Positions 17,337 through 26,660 of a stretch of 64,000 nt of DNA are shown one piece after another; position 1 is the first letter of the stretch; each line of letters opens with the position of its first letter. This stretch comes from Kiloniellaceae bacterium (GTDB lineage: Bacteria > Pseudomonadota > Alphaproteobacteria > Kiloniellales > J153), in NCBI GenBank assembly GCA_021776095.1, contig JAJFGO010000044.1:39080-103079 (forward strand). The letters run 5' to 3'. The notes under the pieces were generated by a model. That model saw only the letters and a list, made by a program, of their open reading frames with translations, made no database searches and had not been told where the DNA came from. The position numbers and the translations under genes are program-made.

Positions 17337-18038
17337 CTATCGATCCCTATACCGATAGCCGACACCGTAAAGGGTTTCGATCTCGTTGAAGGCGTCGTCG
17401 GCGTCCTTGAACTTTTTACGGAGCCGTTTGATATGGCTATCGATGGTGCGGTCATCCACATAGATGGACTCGCCGTAGGCCGAATCCATCAGTTGATCGC
17501 GGCTTTTGACGTGGCCCGGCCGGGCCGCCAAGGCCTTGAGAATCAGGAACTCCGTGACCGTCAGGCTGATCGCCTGACCCTTCCAGGTGCAAAGGTGGCG
17601 CGCCGGATCGAGCATCAACTCGCCGCGCGAAATAGGCTTTTCGCCGATATTGGGGTTTTGGCCGTCCTTGGCGAGTTGCTCGCGGCGCAGCAGAGTGCGA
17701 ATTCGTTCCAGCAACAGGCGTTGCGAAAACGGCTTGGTGATGTAGTCGTCGGCGCCGAGACGCAATCCCAAGACCTCGTCGACCTCGTCGTCCTTCGACG
17801 TCAGGAAGATGATCGGCATGGTGGAGGACTGGCGCAGGCGGTTGAGCAACTCCATCCCGTCCATGCGCGGCATCTTGATATCCAGGATTGCCAGGTCGGC
17901 CGGACTGGCGGAAAGGCCGCGCAGTGCCTCGGTGCCGTCGGCATAAGTCCGGACCTTGAAGCCTTCCGCCTCCAGCGCGATGGAGACCGAGGTCAGAATG
18001 TTCCGGTCGTCGTCGACCAGGGCGATGGTGTGCGGCAT
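17337..18038 (-). CDS. chvI: OmpR-family response regulator ChvI
   Basis: [17 protein letters not shown]...[13 protein letters not shown]...TSKDDE... plus a winged-helix C-terminus (TLYGVGYRY). The start at 18038 follows a strong RBS (AAGGAGG). The track start at 18077 was rejected. Confidence 0.9.
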   Translation of the reverse strand: MPHTIALVDDDRNILTSVSIALEAEGFKVRTYADGTEALRGLSASPADLAILDIKMPRMDGMELLNRLRQSSTMPIIFLTSKDDEVDEVLGLRLGADDYITKPFSQRLLLERIRTLLRREQLAKDGQNPNIGEKPISRGELMLDPARHLCTWKGQAISLTVTEFLILKALAARPGHVKSRDQLMDSAYGESIYVDDRTIDSHIKRLRKKFKDADDAFNEIETLYGVGYRYRDR

Positions 18039-18371
18039 GGCCGCCCTCCTTATCTTCGGGCCGTTTGGGGATACCACGGCAGCCGGGCGCGGAACCAGGG
18101 CCCCATGATCCGGCCGCGCCGGAGCGGACCCGCGTTAAGGCCTCCGGCGATGTGGCCGGCGGCGGCCATTGTGATAGCGCCAGACTGTGGCGCTTCTGAG
18201 GCACTTCAGGGCCGCGGGAATCATAATTTTTACCAAGTATTTCATGGTCTTTGGTCCATTTTTCAAACGGCGGCCTTGCGGAAAAACGACAGCTTCATGA
18301 CGCGATTTCGCGCGCGGACCACGCCAGCAACGGGTTAATTGAGCGGCAATAAGCACGAAGGAGACCGCGAC

Positions 18372-19571
18372 ATGACGCAAGAAAGTGCTTCCGGGCAAAG
18401 CCCGGCCGCATGGGCCGATTGGCTGGCCGCGATCGACCGGCCGATCGAACAAGCAACCGGCCTACCCAACATCGCCTACACCGGTGAGGACTTTGCCTTG
18501 CAGGAGCGCGATAGTCTTCTGGCGCGAACATGGACCTGCATCGGCGTGGCTAGCCAAATTCCCGATGCGGGCGATGCCCGGCCGATGGATTTGCTCGGCC
18601 TGCCGCTGATGGGCGTGCGCGGGCGCGACAGCAAGGTGCGCGTGTTCCACAACGTCTGCAGCCATCGCGGCCACCGCCTGATCAGCGCGCCTTGCAAGAG
18701 CCTGACGACCCTGCGCTGCCCCTATCATTCCTGGGCCTACGATTTCGAGGGGCGGCTGCGCGCCACGCCCTCGGTCGGCGGAGCCAAGCAGAACAACGTC
18801 GAGGGTTTCGACAAATCGCGTCACGGTCTGCACGAGGTGCGCAGCATTGTGTGGTTGGACCAGATCTTCGTCAACCTTTCGGGCGACGCCCCGGCGTTCG
18901 AGGACCATATCGCGCCGCTGTCCGCGCGCTGGGCCGATTTCGATTTGAGCCTGATTCGCCACGGCGGCGTGGATTCCACCCTGCGGTTCGAGGTCGGTTG
19001 TAACTGGAAGCTAGCGGTCGAAAATTATTGCGAGGCCTATCACCTGCCTTGGATTCATCCCGGGCTGAACGCCTATTCGCGCCTCGAGGATCATTACAAC
19101 ATCGTGGGCGAGGACTTGTACGCCGGCCAGGGCAGCACCGCCTACACGCCGCAGATGTCGAATGCGGGCCCGGCCCTGCCCCGTTTCCCCAGTTTGCCGG
19201 CCAAATGGAACGAGGCGGCGGAATACATCGCTTTGTTCCCCAATGTCCTCTTGGGCCTGCACTGCGACCATTTTTACGCTGTCCGCCTCGAACCCTTGGG
19301 CCCGGCGCGGACCCTGGAGCATTTCGAGATCTATTACGTCGGCGAGGACCCTCTGGGCCCCGACTACGCCGGCACGCGCGAGGCCAATGCCGAAAACTGG
19401 CGCGCGGTCTTTGCCGAGGACGTGGATGTGGTCGAGGAGATGCAGCGCGGCCGGGCCTCGCCGGCCTTTCGGGGCGGGGTCTTCACCCCGGTGCTGGAAC
19501 CGCCGACCCATTGCTTCCACCGCTGGATGGCGCGTTCCCTGGCCAGGGCGGAGACAGGCGGCAACGCCTGA
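18372..19571 (+). CDS. Rieske [2Fe-2S] non-heme-iron oxygenase, alpha-subunit type
   Basis: Has the Rieske motif CSHRGHRL...CPYHSWAY and a catalytic-domain iron motif region (NWKLAVENYCEAYHLPWIHPG). The start ATG at 18372 follows GAAGGAG. No beta subunit, ferredoxin or reductase gene is adjacent. Confidence 0.85.
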   Translation: MTQESASGQSPAAWADWLAAIDRPIEQATGLPNIAYTGEDFALQERDSLLARTWTCIGVASQIPDAGDARPMDLLGLPLMGVRGRDSKVRVFHNVCSHRGHRLISAPCKSLTTLRCPYHSWAYDFEGRLRATPSVGGAKQNNVEGFDKSRHGLHEVRSIVWLDQIFVNLSGDAPAFEDHIAPLSARWADFDLSLIRHGGVDSTLRFEVGCNWKLAVENYCEAYHLPWIHPGLNAYSRLEDHYNIVGEDLYAGQGSTAYTPQMSNAGPALPRFPSLPAKWNEAAEYIALFPNVLLGLHCDHFYAVRLEPLGPARTLEHFEIYYVGEDPLGPDYAGTREANAENWRAVFAEDVDVVEEMQRGRASPAFRGGVFTPVLEPPTHCFHRWMARSLARAETGGNA

Positions 19572-19634
19572 GGTCGCGGCGCTGCGTACAAGCGATCTGG
19601 GACGGCCCCGCGGATTTGGGCTAGGCTAGCGTCC

Positions 19635-20630
19635 ATGGTTAGTTTGGATGCGCCCCGAATCTTCGGGTTCTTTCTGGTACCGCGTTTCGCCATGTTGGCC
19701 TTCTCCTCGGCGGTCGAACCGTTGCGCGCGGCCAACCTGCTGAGCGGGCAGGAGCTATACCGCTGGCGCGCGATCTCGCGCGACGGCGGGCCGGTGGCCG
19801 CGTCGAACGGCCTGCAAGTAATCGCCGACGCCCCCATGGAAACCGCCGGGCGTCTCGACGACGTGGTCGTCTGCAGCGGCCTGGACGCCCAGCTCTTCAA
19901 GGACAAGGCGGTCTTTGCCTGGCTGCGCCGGGCGGCGCGCGAGGGCGCGCGGGTCGGCGCCCTATCGGACGGCAGCTTTATTCTAGCCCGCGCCGGCCTC
20001 TTGACCGGCTATCGTTGCACCATCCATTGGCAATGCCTGCCCGGTTTCACCGAAACCTTTCCCGATATCGAGGTCGACGCCGAGCTGTTCCGCATCGACC
20101 GGGGCCGCTTCACCGCTTCGGGCGGGACCGCGGCGCTCGATCTCATGCTGCACATGATCGAGCTCGACCACGGCCGCGACCTGGCGATCGCGGTCGCCGA
20201 ACAGCTGCTGCACGAGCGCATCCGCGAGGACGACGACCGCCAGCGCATGCCGCTGCGGGTGCGCCTGGGCCTAGGCCACCCCAAGGTCTTGGAGGTGGTC
20301 GCGATGATGGAGGCGAACCTTGAGGAGCCGGTATCCTGCGTCGACCTGGCCGTGGGCTGCGGTATTTCGTCGCGCCAGATGGAGCGCCTGTTCCGGAAAT
20401 ACTTGGCCTGCACACCCCGGCGTTATTACCTGCGCCTGCGTCTGCAGCGGGCGCGGCGCCTGTTGAACGAAAGCTCCTTGCCGGTCATGGAGGTCGCCCT
20501 GGCCTGCGGCTTCGTATCGCCGTCTCATTTCGCCAAATGCTACCGTGAGCAATATCAGCAAGTACCTAAGAGCACCCGCCAAACCGGCGCGGTCCGCCCG
20601 GCGAGCGGCGGCCCGCTGGCGGCGGAATAG
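19635..20630 (+). CDS. GlxA-family (DJ-1/PfpI domain + AraC HTH) transcriptional regulator
   Basis: Has an N-terminal GATase1-like domain (FGFFLVPRFAMLAFSSAVEPLRAAN) and a C-terminal AraC-type HTH (SSRQMERLFRKYLACTPRRYYLRLRLQRARRLL...FVSPSHFAKCYREQY). Confidence 0.85.
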   Translation: MVSLDAPRIFGFFLVPRFAMLAFSSAVEPLRAANLLSGQELYRWRAISRDGGPVAASNGLQVIADAPMETAGRLDDVVVCSGLDAQLFKDKAVFAWLRRAAREGARVGALSDGSFILARAGLLTGYRCTIHWQCLPGFTETFPDIEVDAELFRIDRGRFTASGGTAALDLMLHMIELDHGRDLAIAVAEQLLHERIREDDDRQRMPLRVRLGLGHPKVLEVVAMMEANLEEPVSCVDLAVGCGISSRQMERLFRKYLACTPRRYYLRLRLQRARRLLNESSLPVMEVALACGFVSPSHFAKCYREQYQQVPKSTRQTGAVRPASGGPLAAE

Positions 20631-20643
20631 CGGGGCCGGCGCC

Positions 20644-21390
20644 ATGGCCCATGTGGCAGCGCAAGCCCGAACCCTGATGCGCGCCGCCGGCCAGGCGGCC
20701 CTGGCCACCACCCTGGCGCGCGACGGCAACGGGCATCCCTATGTCTCGCTGGTTCTGGCCAGCGTCGACCACCGTGCCCGCCCGGTCCTCCTCCTCTCGG
20801 ACCTGGCCGATCATGCCAAGAACCTGCGGCGAGACGCCCGCGCCGCCCTGCTGTTCGAAGACGCGGAAATCAGGCAAGGCACCCGCGATCCCCTGACCCG
20901 GCCACGGGTTTCGGTCTTGGGCCGCCTGGCCGAAGTGAAGCCCGGCGAAGTGCAAGAGCGCCTGAGGGATCGCTTCCTGGCCCGTCACCCCGGCGCCAAG
21001 ACCTATGCCGGTTTCGCGGATTTCCGGCTTTATCGCATGACGGTGGACAGCGCCCATCTGGTCGCCGGTTTCGGCGAGATACATTGGATGACCGGGGCAG
21101 AGACTGTATATCCGGCCGCCGGTGCCGAGGCCTTGGCCCAGGCGGAAGCGGAGATCCTGGAGCGGATCGGTCGCGACCATGGCGCGGCGCTTCGCTGCCT
21201 GGCCCAAGGCCTTGGCGGCGGCACCGAACCGGTCGCACCCATCGGGATCGATCCCGAGGGCCTGGATCTGCGCGCCGGCGAACGCCTGCTGCGGGTACCT
21301 TTCGATAGTCCTGTGGATAACTCGGAGGCCGCGATCAATGCTCTGGTTTCCCTGGCCAATTCCGGCCAGCCCCAGACCCGGGAGGATTAA
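20644..21390 (+). CDS. HugZ / pyridoxamine-5'-phosphate-oxidase-like FMN-binding family protein with DUF2470-like C-terminus
   Basis: ARTLMRAAGQAALATT...GHPYVSLV...RPVLLLSDLADHAKNL...DARAALLF...RVSVLGR...FADFRLYRM follows the HugZ-family split-barrel pattern. The start was moved to the ATG at 20644, after the stop of the regulator gene. Confidence 0.65.
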   Translation: MAHVAAQARTLMRAAGQAALATTLARDGNGHPYVSLVLASVDHRARPVLLLSDLADHAKNLRRDARAALLFEDAEIRQGTRDPLTRPRVSVLGRLAEVKPGEVQERLRDRFLARHPGAKTYAGFADFRLYRMTVDSAHLVAGFGEIHWMTGAETVYPAAGAEALAQAEAEILERIGRDHGAALRCLAQGLGGGTEPVAPIGIDPEGLDLRAGERLLRVPFDSPVDNSEAAINALVSLANSGQPQTRED

Positions 21391-21504
21391 GTGTATCTCG
21401 CGCTTGGCAGCCCGGTCGTCGATATGCAAGTGTGCCGTAAATCCTAGAGGCATACGAAGCTGGCAGAATCCGCGATAGGGCTGCCGCTAAGAGGGAGAGC
21501 GCCA

Positions 21505-23115
21505 GTGAGCGACATCGGACCGGTCATCAGCCGGCACGGCTTAGCCCGCCATGGCATCGCGAATTTCGCGACCGCACATTGGAACCTGGGCGCTCCAGCG
21601 CTCTACGAGCACACCGTCCGCGGCGGGCACGGCCGCCTGGCGCCCGGCGGCGCGCTGGTCGCCTATACTGGCCAGCACACCGGGCGCTCGCCACTCGACA
21701 AGTTCATCGTCGACGAACCGACCACCAGCGACGACATCTGGTGGGGTGACGTCAACGTCGCGACCAGCGAGGAGCGCTTCGATCGCCTGCACGCGAAGGT
21801 CCTGGCATATTTCCAAAACCGGGACCTCTTCGTCCAAGATGTCTATGCCGGCGCCGATCCCGACTACCGCCTGCCGGTTCGGGTGGTCAGCGAGAGCGCC
21901 TGGCACGCCCTCTTCGCGGCCAATATGTTCATTCAGCCGGGCCACGACCAACTGCAGGACTTCAAGCCCGGCTTCACCGTCCTGCACGCACCCTACCTGC
22001 ACGCCGACCCTGAGCGCGACGGCACCAATTCCGAGACCTTCATTGTGGTTCATTTCGGCCGCCGTTTGGTCTTGGTGGGCGGCAGCAGCTACGCCGGCGA
22101 GATCAAAAAATCGATCTTCTCGGTGCTGAACTACATGCTGCCGGTGCGCGGCGTCCTGCCCATGCATTGTTCGGCCAACATCGGCCCGGCCGACGACACC
22201 GCGATTTTCTTCGGCCTCTCGGGCACCGGCAAGACAACCCTGTCGGCGGATAGCACGCGGCGCCTGATCGGCGACGACGAGCACGGTTGGTCGGATAACG
22301 GCATTTTCAATTTCGAAGGCGGCTGCTACGCCAAGGTAATCCGCCTGTCGCGGCAGGCGGAGCCGGAAATCTACGCGACCACGGAACGCTTCGGCACGAT
22401 CCTAGAAAACGTCGCGATGAACGAAGCAACCGGCGAGCTGAACCTTGACGATAACCGCTTTACCGAGAACACGCGCGCCAGCTATCCGCTCGACTTTATT
22501 CCGAACGTGGCTGAAAGCGGGCGCGGCGGACAGCCGAAGAATATCGTCATGTTGACCGCCGATGCCTTCGGCGTTTTGCCGCCGATCAGCCGCCTCAGCC
22601 CGGGCCAGGCCATGTATCATTTCCTGTCCGGCTATACCGCGCGTGTGGCGGGCACGGAAAAGGGCCTGGGCAACGAGCCCAAGGCAACCTTTTCGACCTG
22701 TTTCGGCGCCCCCTTCATGCCGCGCCACCCTTCGGTCTACGCCCAGCTTTTGGGCCAGAAAATGGCGCACACCGGGGCCGATTGCTGGCTGGTCAACACC
22801 GGGTGGAGCGGCGGCTCCTACGGTGTCGGCGCGCGCATGCGCATCGAACACACCCGCGCCCTGGTGCGCGCGGCGCTCGACGGCCGCTTGGCCAAGGCGC
22901 CGACCAAGGCACACCCGGCGTTCGGGGTGGCGATTCCAGAATCCTGCCCCGAGGTTCCGGCTGAGGTGCTCGACCCGCGCAATACCTGGGCCGACAAGGA
23001 CGCCTACGACCAGACGGCGCGCGACCTCTCGGGCCGTTTCGAAGCCAACTTCAAGCAGTTCGAACCCTATGTCGGCGATGAGGTCAAGGCAGCCGGCATT
23101 TACGCCGCGGCGTGA
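21505..23115 (+). CDS. pckA: phosphoenolpyruvate carboxykinase (ATP)
   Basis: Full-length ATP-PEPCK: ...YTGQHTGRSPLDKFIV..., kinase-1a GLSGTGKTTLS, IGDDEHGW, ...NTGWSGG. GTG start at 21505. Confidence 0.95.
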   Translation: MSDIGPVISRHGLARHGIANFATAHWNLGAPALYEHTVRGGHGRLAPGGALVAYTGQHTGRSPLDKFIVDEPTTSDDIWWGDVNVATSEERFDRLHAKVLAYFQNRDLFVQDVYAGADPDYRLPVRVVSESAWHALFAANMFIQPGHDQLQDFKPGFTVLHAPYLHADPERDGTNSETFIVVHFGRRLVLVGGSSYAGEIKKSIFSVLNYMLPVRGVLPMHCSANIGPADDTAIFFGLSGTGKTTLSADSTRRLIGDDEHGWSDNGIFNFEGGCYAKVIRLSRQAEPEIYATTERFGTILENVAMNEATGELNLDDNRFTENTRASYPLDFIPNVAESGRGGQPKNIVMLTADAFGVLPPISRLSPGQAMYHFLSGYTARVAGTEKGLGNEPKATFSTCFGAPFMPRHPSVYAQLLGQKMAHTGADCWLVNTGWSGGSYGVGARMRIEHTRALVRAALDGRLAKAPTKAHPAFGVAIPESCPEVPAEVLDPRNTWADKDAYDQTARDLSGRFEANFKQFEPYVGDEVKAAGIYAAA

Positions 23116-23211
23116 GGCGGCCGAACGCACGGCCAGGGGCCAGCGCCTTTCCGCTCATGCGGGCTCGCGCGGCGGTGCTATCCGAACGAGAAACGCTTCG
23201 GAGGACCGGGC

Positions 23212-23706
23212 ATGATAAAGGGACTACATCACAGCGCCTATATTTGCCGCGATTCCGAAGAGACGCGTAAGTTCTACGAGGACTTTCTGGGTCTACCTCT
23301 GGCCGATGCCTTCGAAATCGAAGTCACGAAATCCGGTCGCGCCACGAAAGTGCTGCATTCATTCTATCGGATGGAAGACAACTCATTCCTAGCATTTTTC
23401 GAGGACCCGGGCCGAGCGCACAACTTCTCGGACAAGCACGATTTCGAGCTTCATATCGCGCTGGAAGTCGATGCCGATACGCTCCATGAGATGTTTCGTA
23501 GAGGCAAGGACGCGGGTGTCGATACCCGCGGCATTGCCGATCACGGCTTTATCCAGTCGATTTATTTTCGCGACCCCAATGGCTATGTCATCGAGCTGAC
23601 CACAAAAACCGAAGACCGCGATAACGATTCGGCGCAACAATCTTTGCGGGCCAAGGCGCAGAAAGCCTTGGCATCGTGGCAATCCACAAAGCCCAAATTG
23701 GCCTGA
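23212..23706 (+). CDS. VOC (glyoxalase/bleomycin-resistance/dioxygenase) family protein
   Basis: MIKGLHHSAYICRDSEETRKFYEDFLGL...HIALEV...QSIYFRDPNGYVIEL is the VOC pattern. It is visibly more AT-rich than its neighbours: two hand-counted 60-nt windows give about 52% and 45% G+C. Confidence 0.8.
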   Translation: MIKGLHHSAYICRDSEETRKFYEDFLGLPLADAFEIEVTKSGRATKVLHSFYRMEDNSFLAFFEDPGRAHNFSDKHDFELHIALEVDADTLHEMFRRGKDAGVDTRGIADHGFIQSIYFRDPNGYVIELTTKTEDRDNDSAQQSLRAKAQKALASWQSTKPKLA

Positions 23707-23833
23707 CTACGCACTGGCGCTGTGCTTTCCACCGCCGGCTTCACACCTACGTGACGCGCGCAAGTGAGCCCTGGATCACCATGGCACTTACCGCTAGTCT
23801 ATTGAGATCGCAGATAAAATTGGTATTTTTTGC

Positions 23834-24607
23834 ATGCCACTATGGGTTCGCTATGCGCACCGGGGGCAAAACGGCTTCGGCGTTTTGGACGGCACGCGGG
23901 TTCGCGTTTACGACGGCGACATGTTCGAGGCGCCGCTCGAAACCCCACTCACCCACGGATTGGACGAGATCACGCTGCTGGCGCCCTGCGTGCCGAGCAA
24001 GATGATCGCGCTGTGGAACAACTTCCATGCGCTCGCCGCGAAGCTAGAGGTGCCGACACCGAAATCGCCGCTCTACCTGCTCAAAGCGAACAGTTCGTTT
24101 CTGGGCCCAGGCGAGACTATTCACCGCCCTCGTTCCTACGCCGGGCCCGTCGTGTTCGAAGGCGAATTGGGGATCGTCATCGGCAAGCGGTGCAAGGAGG
24201 TTTCGGAAGACGAGGCCGCCGCGCACATCTTCGGTTATACCTGCGCTAACGATGTGACCGCGGCCCGCCTCATTAAAGAGGACTCGACCTTCGAGCAGTG
24301 GGCACGGGCCAAGAGTTTTGATGGATTCGGTGTTTTCGGCCCGGCAATTTCGACCGAAGCGAAGCCCCAGGACTGCGCGGTGCGCACGGTGCTGAATGGC
24401 ACGGAGCGGCAGAATTATCCGCTCAGCGATATGGTCATTCCGCCGCACAAGCTCGTCAGCCAAATTTCGCACGACATGACCTTGATACCGGGCGATGTAA
24501 TCTGCTGCGGCACCTCGCTCGGTGTCGGCTCCATGAAGGAGGAGACGAATACCATCGAGGTCACCATCGACGGTATCGGCACGCTGAGCAACGTCTTCGA
24601 GAATTGA
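23834..24607 (+). CDS. fumarylacetoacetate hydrolase (FAH) family protein
   Basis: ...KMIALWNNF...LYLLKANSSFLGPGETI...FEGELGIVIGKRCK...IFGYTCANDVTAR...AKSFDGF...GDVICCGTSLGVG matches the FAH-family decarboxylase/isomerase motifs. Confidence 0.85.
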   Translation: MPLWVRYAHRGQNGFGVLDGTRVRVYDGDMFEAPLETPLTHGLDEITLLAPCVPSKMIALWNNFHALAAKLEVPTPKSPLYLLKANSSFLGPGETIHRPRSYAGPVVFEGELGIVIGKRCKEVSEDEAAAHIFGYTCANDVTAARLIKEDSTFEQWARAKSFDGFGVFGPAISTEAKPQDCAVRTVLNGTERQNYPLSDMVIPPHKLVSQISHDMTLIPGDVICCGTSLGVGSMKEETNTIEVTIDGIGTLSNVFEN

Positions 24608-24642
24608 GTCCGGCGAACGCCGGATCATAGGGGAGGACACAG

Positions 24643-25653
24643 ATGAGGATTTGCGTGGTTGGCGCCGGCGCGATCGGCGGCCTGATGGGCGCCAAGTTCG
24701 CGCTCGCCGGCGAAGAGGTAACCTTGATCGACCAGGGCGCGCATTTGGCCGCGATTCAGGCGAACGGCCTTAAGCTCGTAAGGGAGGACGGCAGCGAGCA
24801 TGTCGTCCAGGACCTCCGCGCGACCGATAAATTCGAGGATGCCGGGCCACAGGATTTGGTGATCCTGGCACTCAAGGCGCACTACTTGGAATCGATCGCG
24901 CGCGATGTGCCGAAATTGCTCGGCCCCGAGACCATGATCGTCACGGTGCAGAACGGCATCCCCTGGTGGTATTTCCAGCGCCATGGCGGGCCCCACGATG
25001 GCCGCCGCCTGGACTCGCTCGATCCCACAGGCGTATTGGAGAAGAACATCGACGCCGCGCGGATTATCGGCTGCGTAGTTTACCCCGCGGCCGATGTGCC
25101 GGCGCCGGGCGTGATCCACCATGTGGAAGGCGACCGCTTTCCCATCGGCGAACTGGACGGCAGCGAGTCGGCGCGGGTGACGCGGCTTCATGACGTTCTG
25201 GTCAAGGCTGGGTTCCGCTCACGCATCCTGGACGACATCCGCTCGGAGATCTGGCTCAAGGCCTGGGGCAACCTCTCGTTCAATCCGATCAGCGCCTTGA
25301 CCCACGCGACGCTCGCCGCAATCTGCCAGTTCCCCGAAACGCGTAAACTGGCCGCAACCATGATGCAGGAGGCGCAGAATATCGGCGGAGAGTTGGGAGT
25401 GACCTTCCGCCACACCATCGAGAAACGCATCGACGGCGCGGAAGGCGTTGGCGCCCACAAGACGTCCATGCTGCAAGATGTCGAGCTGGGCCGCTCGCTC
25501 GAGATCGAGGCAATCGTCGGCGCGGTGTTGGAGCTCGGCCGGATCACCGAAACGCCCGCCCCTTCGATCGCGGCGGTCTATGCCTGCGTCAAGCTGCTCA
25601 ACCGGACCATGCTGCTGGAAGGCGCCGGCGTACGCGTCGGCAGTGCGGCGTAA
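24643..25653 (+). CDS. 2-dehydropantoate 2-reductase family oxidoreductase
   Basis: MRICVVGAGAIGGLMGAKFALAG Rossmann motif, ...LKAH..., ...KTSMLQDVELGRSLEIEAIVG is the ketopantoate reductase (ApbA/PanE) family. Confidence 0.8.
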   Translation: MRICVVGAGAIGGLMGAKFALAGEEVTLIDQGAHLAAIQANGLKLVREDGSEHVVQDLRATDKFEDAGPQDLVILALKAHYLESIARDVPKLLGPETMIVTVQNGIPWWYFQRHGGPHDGRRLDSLDPTGVLEKNIDAARIIGCVVYPAADVPAPGVIHHVEGDRFPIGELDGSESARVTRLHDVLVKAGFRSRILDDIRSEIWLKAWGNLSFNPISALTHATLAAICQFPETRKLAATMMQEAQNIGGELGVTFRHTIEKRIDGAEGVGAHKTSMLQDVELGRSLEIEAIVGAVLELGRITETPAPSIAAVYACVKLLNRTMLLEGAGVRVGSAA

Positions 25654-25657
25654 CGAA

Positions 25658-26566
25658 TTAGCCGAACAAGATAAGCATCAGGATCGCGGCGATCACCAGG
25701 GCGATGCCAAGGAGCTCCAGCGGTTTGGACTTCTCCTTGAAGAAGACGACCGAGGCGATGAAGGTGAAGACCAGTTCGATCTGGCCGACCGCGCGCACAT
25801 AGGCGGCGTTCTGCAATGTAAAGGCCGTGAACCAGCCGACCGAGGCCAGGAAGCCGGCGGTTCCGACGCCGAGCGCCGGCCGCCAGTTGCGCAGCACGGC
25901 CCTCATTTGACCCGGTTCGCGCAGCAGCAAATAGAGTCCCATGAGCACGGTCTGCATGCCGAGCGAGACCACCAGCGCGAAGGCGGCGCGCGGCACCACA
26001 TCGTGATCGCCCAAGGCGAGCGTGGCGCCCCGGTAGAACACCACCGAAGCGCCCAGGAACGCGCCGCACAACAGGCCGATCAAGGTCGGCTTCTCGAACA
26101 GGCTGAGCGCCAGGGCGCGCCAAGTCACCGCGGTGTTGGCAACCGACAAGGCCAGGATACCGAGCAAGCCGAGCGCGATGGCCACAACGCCCATGAGGCT
26201 GACGGTGTCGCCGAGCAAGATCAGGCCGAGGATCGCGACCTGAATGATCTCGGTCTTGGAATAGGTCGTGCCGACCGCAAAATTGCGGAACGAGAACAGA
26301 TAAACCAGCAGGAAGGTGAAAAGGATCTGCGAGACGCCGCCGAGCAGGCAGTAGAGCAGGAACAGCCCGTTCGCCGGCGGCACCGGGTAACCGCCAAACT
26401 CGACGACCGCGACAAAATAAAGGATCGCGAATGGCAACGCATAGAAGAAGCGCACATAGCTCGCGCCACCGGTCGATAGCCGCCCCTTCAGGTGCTTCTG
26501 CAACGCAGAGCGCAGGTTCTGCATGAAGGCGGCGAAAATAGTGATCGGAATCCAAAGCTCGATCAC
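25658..26566 (-). CDS. DMT-superfamily (EamA-like) transporter
   Basis: 302 aa with about 10 hydrophobic helices and a duplicated EamA-like architecture. Convergent with the reductase gene (4-nt spacing). Confidence 0.75.
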   Translation of the reverse strand: MIELWIPITIFAAFMQNLRSALQKHLKGRLSTGGASYVRFFYALPFAILYFVAVVEFGGYPVPPANGLFLLYCLLGGVSQILFTFLLVYLFSFRNFAVGTTYSKTEIIQVAILGLILLGDTVSLMGVVAIALGLLGILALSVANTAVTWRALALSLFEKPTLIGLLCGAFLGASVVFYRGATLALGDHDVVPRAAFALVVSLGMQTVLMGLYLLLREPGQMRAVLRNWRPALGVGTAGFLASVGWFTAFTLQNAAYVRAVGQIELVFTFIASVVFFKEKSKPLELLGIALVIAAILMLILFG

Positions 26567-26660
26567 GGGAGGTGTTTCCTTTGAGGCTTCAAGGGCGCCT
26601 AGGCCCCGGCAGGACGCCGCGAACCTTATCTTCGGGGAGGCTTCCGCATTAGGGATTTAT

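Noticed and set aside
20566-21453. A 295-aa minus-strand ORF antisense to the HugZ-like gene.
   Set aside because: It has no motifs and shadow-ORF composition, and the sense-strand protein has a coherent family pattern.
25448-26555. A 343-aa plus-strand ORF and a 325-aa minus-strand ORF overlapping the DMT transporter gene.
   Set aside because: They are highly charged or Arg-rich low-complexity translations. The 302-aa frame gives a coherent 10-helix EamA-type membrane protein.
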